NCBI GenBank assembly: GCA_000146045.2
Contig: BK006945.2
Coordinates: 640,001-704,000, forward strand
Reading direction: 5' to 3'
From: TPA_inf: Saccharomyces
Taxonomy: Eukaryota
Length of the DNA: 64,000 bases
Position numbers and translations under genes: made by a program
Shown: piece by piece, positions 11,158 through 20,715 of the stretch
How the letters are laid out: every line of letters begins with the position of its first letter
How positions within the stretch are numbered: position 1 is the first letter of the stretch
The notes under the pieces: generated by a model
Databases searched by the model: none
Told to the model about the DNA's origin: nothing
What the model saw: only the letters and a program-made list of their open reading frames with translations

Positions 11158-12439
11158 TGGTAGCGCCTGTGCTTCGGTTACTTCTAAGGAAGTCCACACA
11201 AATCAAGATCCGTTAGACGTTTCAGCTTCCAAAACAGAAGAATGTGAGAAGGCTTCCACTAAGGCTAACTCTCAACAGACAACAACACCTGCTTCATCAG
11301 CTGTTCCAGAGAACCCCCATCATGCCTCTCCTCAACCTGCTTCAGTACCACCTCCACAGAATGGGCCGTACCCACAGCAGTGCATGATGACCCAAAACCA
11401 AGCCAATCCATCTGGTTGGTCATTTTACGGACACCCATCTATGATTCCGTATACACCTTATCAAATGTCGCCTATGTACTTTCCACCTGGGCCACAATCA
11501 CAGTTTCCGCAGTATCCATCATCAGTTGGAACGCCTCTGAGCACTCCATCACCTGAGTCAGGTAATACATTTACTGATTCATCCTCAGCGGACTCTGATA
11601 TGACATCCACTAAAAAATATGTCAGACCACCACCAATGTTAACCTCACCTAATGACTTTCCAAATTGGGTTAAAACATACATCAAATTTTTACAAAACTC
11701 GAATCTCGGTGGTATTATTCCGACAGTAAACGGAAAACCCGTACGTCAGATCACTGATGATGAACTCACCTTCTTGTATAACACTTTTCAAATATTTGCT
11801 CCCTCTCAATTCCTACCTACCTGGGTCAAAGACATCCTATCCGTTGATTATACGGATATCATGAAAATTCTTTCCAAAAGTATTGAAAAAATGCAATCTG
11901 ATACCCAAGAGGCAAACGACATTGTGACCCTGGCAAATTTGCAATATAATGGCAGTACACCTGCAGATGCATTTGAAACAAAAGTCACAAACATTATCGA
12001 CAGACTGAACAATAATGGCATTCATATCAATAACAAGGTCGCATGCCAATTAATTATGAGAGGTCTATCTGGCGAATATAAATTTTTACGCTACACACGT
12101 CATCGACATCTAAATATGACAGTCGCTGAACTGTTCTTAGATATCCATGCTATTTATGAAGAACAACAGGGATCGAGAAACAGCAAACCTAATTACAGGA
12201 GAAATCTGAGTGATGAGAAGAATGATTCTCGCAGCTATACGAATACAACCAAACCCAAAGTTATAGCTCGGAATCCTCAAAAAACAAATAATTCGAAATC
12301 GAAAACAGCCAGGGCTCACAATGTATCCACATCTAATAACTCTCCCAGCACGGACAACGATTCCATCAGTAAATCAACTACTGAACCGATTCAATTGAAC
12401 AATAAGCACGACCTTCACCTTAGGCCAGGAACTTACTGA
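11117..12439 (+). CDS. Ty1 TYA (Gag) capsid protein, 440 aa; it starts inside the 5' LTR
   Basis: [35 protein letters not shown]... is 440 aa. The +1 frameshift heptamer CTTAGGC lies at 12419-12425, just before the TYA stop. Confidence 0.95.
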
Positions 12440-13385
12440 ATCTACGGTAAATCACACTAATCATTCTGATGATGAACTCCCTGGACACCTCCTTCTCGAT
12501 TCAGGAGCATCACGAACCCTTATAAGATCTGCTCACCACATACACTCAGCATCATCTAATCCTGACATAAACGTAGTTGATGCTCAAAAAAGAAATATAC
12601 CAATTAACGCTATTGGTGACCTACAATTTCACTTCCAGGACAACACCAAAACATCAATAAAGGTATTGCACACTCCTAACATAGCCTATGACTTACTCAG
12701 TTTGAATGAATTGGCTGCAGTAGATATCACAGCATGCTTTACCAAAAACGTCTTAGAACGGTCTGACGGCACTGTACTTGCACCTATCGTAAAATATGGA
12801 GACTTTTACTGGGTATCTAAAAAGTACTTGCTTCCATCAAATATCTCCGTACCCACCATCAATAATGTCCATACAAGTGAAAGTACACGCAAATATCCTT
12901 ATCCTTTCATTCATCGAATGCTTGCGCATGCCAATGCACAGACAATTCGATACTCACTTAAAAATAACACCATCACGTATTTTAACGAATCAGATGTCGA
13001 CTGGTCTAGTGCTATTGACTATCAATGTCCTGATTGTTTAATCGGCAAAAGCACCAAACACAGACATATCAAAGGTTCACGACTAAAATACCAAAATTCA
13101 TACGAACCCTTTCAATACCTACATACTGACATATTTGGTCCAGTTCACAACCTACCAAATAGTGCACCATCCTATTTCATCTCATTTACTGATGAGACAA
13201 CAAAATTCCGTTGGGTTTATCCATTACACGACCGTCGCGAGGACTCTATCCTCGATGTTTTTACTACGATACTAGCTTTTATTAAAAACCAGTTTCAGGC
13301 CAGTGTCTTAGTTATACAAATGGACCGTGGTTCTGAGTATACTAACAGAACTCTCCATAAATTCCTTGAAAAAAAAATGGTATAA
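12423..13385 (+). pseudogene. Ty1 TYB (Pol) part 1: protease and integrase N-terminus, read in the +1 frame; it terminates prematurely after an A9 tract
   Basis: The frame entered by the +1 shift at CTT-AGG-C encodes [11 protein letters not shown] (protease DSG) and the integrase zinc finger H..H..CPDC. It ends ...HKFLEKKMV* at 13383-13385, immediately after a 9-A run at 13369-13377. Confidence 0.8.
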
Positions 13386-16300
13386 CTCCATGCTATACAA
13401 CCACAGCGGATTCCCGAGCACATGGAGTCGCTGAACGGCTAAACCGTACCTTATTAGATGACTGCCGTACTCAACTGCAATGTAGTGGTTTACCGAACCA
13501 TTTATGGTTCTCTGCAATCGAATTTTCTACTATTGTGAGAAATTCACTAGCTTCACCTAAAAGCAAAAAATCTGCAAGACAACATGCTGGCTTGGCAGGA
13601 CTTGATATCAGTACTTTGTTACCTTTCGGTCAACCTGTTATCGTCAATGATCACAACCCTAACTCCAAAATACATCCTCGTGGCATCCCAGGCTACGCTC
13701 TACATCCGTCTCGAAACTCTTATGGATATATCATCTATCTTCCGTCCTTAAAGAAGACAGTAGATACAACTAACTATGTTATTCTTCAGGGCAAGGAATC
13801 CAGATTAGATCAATTCAATTACGACGCACTCACTTTCGATGAAGACTTAAACCGTTTAACTGCTTCATATCATTCGTTCATTGCGTCAAATGAGATCCAA
13901 GAATCCAATGATCTTAACATAGAATCTGACCATGACTTCCAATCCGACATTGAACTACATCCTGAGCAACCGAGAAATGTCCTTTCAAAAGCTGTGAGTC
14001 CAACCGATTCCACACCTCCGTCAACTCATACTGAAGATTCGAAACGTGTTTCTAAAACCAATATTCGCGCACCCAGAGAAGTTGACCCCAACATATCTGA
14101 ATCTAATATTCTTCCATCAAAGAAGAGATCTAGCACCCCCCAAATTTCCAATATCGAGAGTACCGGTTCGGGTGGTATGCATAAATTAAATGTTCCTTTA
14201 CTTGCTCCCATGTCCCAATCTAACACACATGAGTCGTCGCACGCCAGTAAATCTAAAGATTTCAGACACTCAGACTCGTACAGTGAAAATGAGACTAATC
14301 ATACAAACGTACCAATATCCAGTACGGGTGGTACCAACAACAAAACTGTTCCGCAGATAAGTGACCAAGAGACTGAGAAAAGGATTATACACCGTTCACC
14401 TTCAATCGATGCTTCTCCACCGGAAAATAATTCATCGCACAATATTGTTCCTATCAAAACGCCAACTACTGTTTCTGAACAGAATACCGAGGAATCTATC
14501 ATCGCTGATCTCCCACTCCCTGATCTACCTCCAGAATCTCCTACCGAATTCCCTGACCCATTTAAAGAACTCCCACCGATAAATTCTCGTCAAACTAATT
14601 CCAGTTTGGGTGGTATTGGTGACTCTAATGCCTATACTACTATCAACAGTAAGAAAAGATCATTAGAAGATAATGAAACTGAAATTAAGGTATCACGAGA
14701 CACATGGAATACTAAGAATATGCGTAGTTTAGAACCTCCGAGATCGAAGAAACGAATTCACCTGATTGCAGCTGTAAAAGCAGTAAAATCAATCAAACCA
14801 ATACGGACAACCTTACGATACGATGAGGCAATCACCTATAATAAAGATATTAAAGAAAAAGAAAAATATATCGAGGCATACCACAAAGAAGTCAATCAAC
14901 TGTTGAAGATGAAAACTTGGGACACTGACGAATATTATGACAGAAAAGAAATAGACCCTAAAAGAGTAATAAACTCAATGTTTATCTTCAACAAGAAACG
15001 TGACGGTACTCATAAAGCTAGATTTGTTGCAAGAGGTGATATTCAGCATCCTGACACTTACGACTCAGGCATGCAATCCAATACCGTACATCACTATGCA
15101 TTAATGACATCCCTGTCACTTGCATTAGACAATAACTACTATATTACACAATTAGACATATCTTCGGCATATTTGTATGCAGACATCAAAGAAGAATTAT
15201 ACATAAGACCTCCACCACATTTAGGAATGAATGATAAGTTGATACGTTTGAAGAAATCACTTTATGGATTGAAACAAAGTGGAGCGAACTGGTACGAAAC
15301 TATCAAATCATACCTGATACAACAATGTGGTATGGAAGAAGTTCGTGGATGGTCATGCGTATTTAAAAACAGTCAAGTGACAATTTGTTTATTCGTAGAT
15401 GATATGGTATTGTTTAGCAAAAATCTAAATTCAAACAAAAGAATTATAGAGAAGCTTAAGATGCAATACGACACCAAGATTATAAATCTAGGCGAAAGTG
15501 ATGAGGAAATTCAATATGACATACTTGGCTTAGAAATCAAATATCAAAGAGGTAAATACATGAAATTAGGTATGGAAAACTCATTAACTGAGAAAATACC
15601 CAAATTAAACGTACCTTTGAATCCAAAAGGAAGAAAACTTAGCGCTCCAGGTCAACCAGGTCTTTATATAGACCAGGATGAACTAGAAATAGATGAAGAT
15701 GAATACAAAGAGAAGGTACATGAAATGCAAAAGTTGATTGGTCTAGCTTCATATGTTGGATATAAATTTAGATTTGACTTACTATACTACATCAACACAC
15801 TTGCTCAACATATACTATTCCCCTCTAGGCAAGTTTTAGACATGACATATGAGTTAATACAATTCATGTGGGACACTAGAGATAAACAATTAATATGGCA
15901 CAAAAACAAACCTACCAAGCCAGATAATAAACTAGTCGCAATAAGCGATGCTTCATATGGTAACCAACCATATTACAAGTCACAAATTGGTAACATTTTC
16001 CTACTCAACGGAAAAGTGATTGGAGGAAAGTCGACAAAGGCTTCGTTAACATGCACTTCAACTACAGAAGCAGAAATACACGCAGTCAGTGAAGCTATAC
16101 CGCTATTGAATAACCTCAGTCACCTTGTGCAAGAACTTAACAAGAAACCAATTATTAAAGGCTTACTTACTGATAGTAGATCAACGATCAGTATAATTAA
16201 GTCTACAAATGAAGAGAAATTTAGAAACAGATTTTTTGGCACAAAGGCAATGAGACTTAGAGATGAAGTATCAGGTAATAATTTATACGTATACTACATC

Positions 16301-16387
16301 GAGACCAAGAAGAACATTGCTGATGTGATGACAAAACCTCTTCCGATAAAAACATTTAAACTATTAACAAACAAATGGATTCATTAG
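13376..16387 (+). pseudogene. Ty1 TYB (Pol) part 2: rest of integrase, reverse transcriptase (YVDDM-type motif [11 protein letters not shown]) and RNase H, in a frame shifted -1 relative to part 1
   Basis: Translation from about 13376 in frame 2 gives [24 protein letters not shown]... and runs to the stop at 16385-16387 (...LLTNKWIH*). This is colinear with Ty1 Pol but out of frame with part 1. Confidence 0.8.
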
Positions 16388-16409
16388 ATCTATTACATTA
16401 TGGGTGGTA

Positions 16410-16743
16410 TGTTGGAATAAAAATCAACTATCATCTACTAACTAGTATTTACGTTACTAGTATATTATCATATACGGTGTTAGAAGATGACGCAAATGAT
16501 GAGAAATAGTCATCTAAATTAGTGGAAGCTGAAACGCAAGGATTGATAATGTAATAGGATCAATGAATATTAACATATAAAACGATGATAATAATATTTA
16601 TAGAATTGTGTAGAATTGCAGATTCCCTTTTATGGATTCCTAAATCCTCGAGGAGAACTTCTAGTATATTCTGTATACCTAATATTATAGCCTTTATCAA
16701 CAATGGAATCCCAACAATTATCTAATTACCCACAAATTTCTCA
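16410..16743 (+). repeat. Ty1 3' LTR (delta), 334 bp
   Basis: TGTTGGAATAAAAATCAACTATC...CAAATTTCTCA, preceded by the polypurine tract GGGTGGTA. Confidence 0.95.
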
Positions 16744-16791
16744 GATGGACTAGTAGATTTTTATAGAGCAGATTTTCCAATATGGGAGTGA
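16744..16791 (+). other. HAP1: Orphaned original HAP1 3' end: TSD copy, 13 displaced C-terminal codons (LVDFYRADFPIWE) and the native TGA stop
   Basis: Reading gat gga cta gta gat ttt tat aga gca gat ttt cca ata tgg gag tga continues the HAP1 frame across the TSD. These codons are no longer joined to the ORF. Confidence 0.85.
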
Positions 16792-16919
16792 TGCGGTTTG
16801 TTTATGTATAAATAGAAAGGGACATATTTTTATTATTATTATTTTAGTTATTTAGCATGTATGTTATTTTATCGGTGAATTGTAATGATCGAATAATAAT
16901 TGGAGGTTGAAGAAGTTGC

Positions 16920-16925
16920 AAAAAA
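16920..16925 (-). terminator. RNA polymerase III terminator: T6 on the minus strand, 8 nt downstream of the tRNA-Ala 3' end
   Basis: An A6 run on the plus strand at 16920-16925 reads as T6 on the transcribed strand, just after the tRNA body. Confidence 0.7.
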
Positions 16926-16933
16926 TATTTACT

Positions 16934-17006
16934 TGGACGAGTCCGGAATCGAACCGGAGACCTCTCCCATGCTAAGGGAGCGCGCTACCGACTACGCCAC
17001 ACGCCC
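16934..17006 (-). tRNA. tA(AGC): tRNA-Ala (anticodon AGC), 73 nt
   Basis: The reverse complement GGGCGTGTGGCGTAGTCGGTAGCGCGCTCCCTTAGCATGGGAGAGGTCTCCGGTTCGATTCCGGACTCGTCCA folds as a cloverleaf. It has the G3:U70 alanine identity pair and the anticodon loop TTAGCAT, and A/B-box-like segments are present. Confidence 0.95.
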
Positions 17007-17021
17007 AATTTTCTTGTTGTC

Positions 17022-17364
17022 TGTTGTGTTTCAGAATGGGGTACGTCAGTATGATAATAATCATCCTAAACGTTCTTAAATTACATATGAAACAACCTTA
17101 TAGCAAAACGAACAGAATGAGCAACATGAGATGAAACTCCGCCTCCTTAACTGAACTTTCCAAACGTATAAACGCCTGAAAAATTAGTTTAGATCCGAGA
17201 TTCCGCGCTTCCACCATCAAGTATGATCCATATTTTATATAATATATAAGATAAGTAACATTCCGTAAGCTGATAATCCCTTTTGGCAACTCGTTACTTC
17301 CCAAAGACTGTTTATATTAGGATTGTCAAGGGACCCCGGTATTGCTCGAGCCCGTAATACAACA
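17022..17364 (+). mobile_element. Ty3 sigma solo LTR (~343 bp); it starts 16 bp upstream of the tRNA-Ala 5' end
   Basis: TGTTGTGTTTCAGAATGGGGTACGTCAGTATGA...GAGCCCGTAATACAACA matches the sigma consensus (TGTTGTATCTCAAAATGAGAT...CCCGTAATACAACA). It is flanked by GTTGTC on both sides, consistent with a 5-bp TSD. The position is typical of Ty3 integration at Pol III start sites. Confidence 0.9.
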
Positions 17365-17448
17365 GTTGTCTTTCACTGCTCTCTATGTTTTGAGACCTCC
17401 AGTTCACCACATATATTCGATCTTTTTCTTACTGTTGAAGCAAGAATC

Positions 17449-17767
17449 TGTTGGAATGAAGGCCTAGTATTGTCTATTGACTAATATTCATCTTACTAGT
17501 ATATTATCATATACAGTGTAAGAAGATGGCATAAAGATTGAGAACCAGTCATCAGACTAATGAAAGCTGAAATGCAAGGACTGATAATGTAATGGGATAA
17601 TGAAATATATAAAACGGAAGGAGAAATAACCGTGATATTATTATGTAGATTTACCGACTCCACTTGGAGGATTTCTCTATTCTCGAGGGAAACTTGGTAT
17701 ATTCGTACACCTAATATTATAGCTCTTGATAACAATGAAATTTCAACAATTATTCACTCAACCCTCA
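17449..17767 (+). mobile_element. Degenerate Ty1/Ty2 delta solo LTR (~320 bp; the 3' boundary is approximate)
   Basis: TGTTGGAATGAAGGCCTAGTATTGTC...ACTAGTATATTATCATATACAGTGTAAGAAGATGGCATAAAG...CTCGAGGGAAACTTGGTATATTCGTACACCTAATATTATAGC is about 80% similar to the Ty1 LTR. Confidence 0.8.
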
Positions 17768-18825
17768 AGTGTATATCGCCAAGATCCTAATCACCCCTCT
17801 CTGGTGGCCTTCCCTCATTGTTTTTACACAGAACAAGAATCCATAAAATCAAGATATTGGGAACAATTCATTGTCTTAGGAACAAGTTTTTATAATTTAG
17901 TTTCATTAGCCTATTGTAACTTCTTGTTTTTTTTTTTTATTTTGGCTGGCAAAACAAGAAGTATAAAGAAGTTACCACTGCTATAACGTATATCTTAAAT
18001 CAAGTGGGCAATTCTTCGAATAAACTTAGAGGCGCTGAAGAAAGAACCGCTCAATTAGTTCGATCATACAAAATACAGATATTGCGCTGTGTATTATCAT
18101 TACGGAAAGTGTGATATAAACAATGCTGTGTTGTATTCGGTCTTTTTTTTCCGCCTGGAGATTGTCGTTTTTGTTTTTTTTTCTCGTGTAGCTGCAGTTA
18201 TCATCGTTTTGCATGTCTGTTCTGTCGGTGAAGCCGATCTCATGGCACTTCGCTTTGATACCGTAAAGAATCTTCTTCATTAATACGGCACTGCAAGGCG
18301 ATATCTATCTCTGGGGTTAGGACTGATAAATAGGTACTTATCAGTTATCACTAGAGACGAACTGTTTACGTTTTGAAGCTCGACAGCAGGGGTTCTTAAC
18401 GGGCGTCGGCCTAGACCTCACCTTGCGAGAAATTTTTAGTTCATATCCAGGGGATGGTGAATGGTTGGATCTGACGAAGCCACGGTAAGGGCAAGGCTTT
18501 GCGCATGCACTGGCCACTATGCATACCATATATAAATAGATAATCAAGCGTATAGAAAACGACATGCTAAGTTATTTTACTCAGTGTTAGGTCTCTTAGT
18601 ATTTGCGTCTGAAAAGATCTTAGCTCTGTCTTTGACTCTATCACTTATTTTTAAGAGGTTCTCTATTCGTCAGTGATAGAAATAGCATTTTGACCCGCAC
18701 GACATTGGTTAATAAGAGTACTTTTCCACGTGTTTCGATTGCCTTTATTTTTAGCATACTTGAAAATAATATTATCGTGAGATTTAGGTAAAATATACCA
18801 CATATCAAGAGAAAGAGAAGTAAGA

Positions 18826-19791
18826 ATGGTTGACGCTAGGGGTAGTACGCCATGTTTAATTGGTGATTCTATAAGAAACGTTAATGATGGAAATAGTCTG
18901 GATTTCCAGTATACTAATCAGTTTAATGAGGAAAGTGAGGCTTCGAGGTTACTAACGCCACAAACGAGTTCCAATCACGCCCTAAGCAAGATGCAGAAGG
19001 ATGATGATATTCGAGATAGATCTTATACATCTGTAGCGGAATTGAATCGTGAGGGTGCTTTGCTGACCGACGAAGTTGATTTGGAGAATGTTGATGCTTC
19101 GAAAGTTCGCAGCAATAGAGACGACCTAGAGGCAGAGGAGAAAAGGAAAAAACTACTCTTGTTGAAAAAAAAGCAAAGAAATAAATCCATCAACTCGGAA
19201 AGTTTTTCCTCTCCTTCTCTGCGTGCTTCCAAATCTAATTCACTGATTACATCAACTGATCCTGTCGAAGATCACATCAGTAAGTACTCTTCATCAGGCA
19301 CCCCTGAAAATATTACAGGTGAGGCAGACGACGAAGACGAAGACATAATCAGAAACTCTTACGGGCAAATGATCAAAAACAATTCCAACAGGCCACATTT
19401 GGCGAAGGGTGAATCGTACCAGTCCGCAGAACAGGAAATAGATCATACGGCGCCTGAAAAATCAGAGAAAAGACAAGAAAGAAGCGGTAGATCCTTTGAT
19501 AGACAAAAATCTTCGGCTGAGTTTCTAAGATCCTTATCGAGGTCAATAAGTCGTGGACCCACAAAGAACAAAACGGTTTCGCCCTCTAAGGGAGAAGACT
19601 CTAGAATGTATAGTACCAGCAACTACTCTATATCATTAGTTGATTTGGAGAACGGACCCAAAATTATCCCGGAAACTTTAGAAGAAGAGCAGGAGGACGC
19701 CGAAAAGGAGGGTGTTTTGATGGAAGACGAGGGTAATGAAGAATACACCAAAGATTTGGAAGAAGCAGCTAACAAAGCTCAACCACAGTAG
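18826..19791 (+). CDS. Uncharacterised Ser/Asp/Glu-rich protein (321 aa), systematic name YLR257W
   Basis: A 321-aa ORF MVDARGSTPCLIGDSIRNVNDGNSLDF... that is low-complexity, acidic and serine-rich with no recognisable domain. Position and length match YLR257W. Confidence 0.8.
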   Translation: MVDARGSTPCLIGDSIRNVNDGNSLDFQYTNQFNEESEASRLLTPQTSSNHALSKMQKDDDIRDRSYTSVAELNREGALLTDEVDLENVDASKVRSNRDDLEAEEKRKKLLLLKKKQRNKSINSESFSSPSLRASKSNSLITSTDPVEDHISKYSSSGTPENITGEADDEDEDIIRNSYGQMIKNNSNRPHLAKGESYQSAEQEIDHTAPEKSEKRQERSGRSFDRQKSSAEFLRSLSRSISRGPTKNKTVSPSKGEDSRMYSTSNYSISLVDLENGPKIIPETLEEEQEDAEKEGVLMEDEGNEEYTKDLEEAANKAQPQ

Positions 19792-20519
19792 AATGGAATA
19801 TTGAAACTGGAGTGACTTCTGATGAAGTTTCCAATTATTTATATGTATACATTATTTATTTGTCTATCATTAAAATTTCTGTCAAGTAATGGCTTTTTAT
19901 GTTTATTTCATGGATTACGAAATTTGCTGGCTTTTTAGAGTGACCGATGAGTTGCATGTACATATGTGCGAAATAAAACAATACGGTAGTAAAACATGAA
20001 TACTTCGAGAAGTAAATTCAAGATTGCAGGCGTAGCACAAGAATGTCCTTCCGCCTGCTAGTGTGTTGAGCAAAGCACGCCATCACTAATGGAACCCTTA
20101 CAAAATCTCGCATGGAGCAGCAAACCTTAAATCCATTTTCTATCATTCGTTCCTGAGGACCCGGATATCGTTTTAGAGACAAAAATAGATACTACAAGAG
20201 GAATAGGGATATCTGCACATGGGGCCTCGAGCATGGCTCATTTTCGATTTTCCGGCACGATGCTGACTTAGTACTATCATGCCAGGCAGGACAGGCCTTA
20301 TGGGGTTCTTGCAGCTTACCAATTCTGACACTGGACTGCCCCTGGATTAGCGACCCCGCGACCCCGCGACCAGACTCCCTGAAAATGGTAATTGGTGATG
20401 ATATATGTGACTGAGTTCAGCCTGGGCATACAATGTTTAACCCTTTTGGACATGGAATTAGGCCAGCAAAGGGAGCAGCTTTCCCCGAAAGCGTAGTTTT
20501 TCTCCAGGAACGCAATTCA

Positions 20520-20524
20520 CCCCT
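20520..20524 (+). promoter_or_regulatory. STRE (CCCCT) candidate, about 195 bp upstream of GSY2
   Basis: CCCCT pentamer in cgcaattcaCCCCTttctttc. GSY2 is a known Msn2/4 target. This is a motif match only. Confidence 0.5.
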
Positions 20525-20715
20525 TTCTTTCTTATGCAAGCTCCTCGTACATATATAAAAATATATGAGTATATATAGTGCTTCTACAGCATAATCAATT
20601 TAAGGTTCCTTGCCTTTCCTTAAATATGTTAGCTATCTCTAAAGCATCACTGAGAAGTGGTAGTTTTTTTGATAACTGTGATTGAAGTTTTGACTACCTC
20701 AGAGAAAAATTTTGA

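Larger units (their letters stand above)
10824..16743 (+). mobile_element. Full-length Ty1 LTR retrotransposon (5920 bp) inserted in the HAP1 3' coding region; the 5-bp TSD GATGG is at 10819-10823 and 16744-16748
   Basis: 334-bp direct LTRs (TGTTGGAATA...TTTCTCA) lie at both ends. The PBS TGGTAGCGCC (tRNAi-Met) is at 11158-11167 and the PPT GGGTGGTA at 16402-16409. Gag and Pol ORFs sit between them. Identical GATGG pentamers flank the element. Confidence 0.95.

Noticed and set aside
12666-13385. Track ORF 12666..13385 called as an independent 239-aa gene
   Set aside because: It is not a separate gene. It is the continuation of the Ty1 Pol frame, which begins at the +1 frameshift site at 12423. 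The Met at 12666 is internal.
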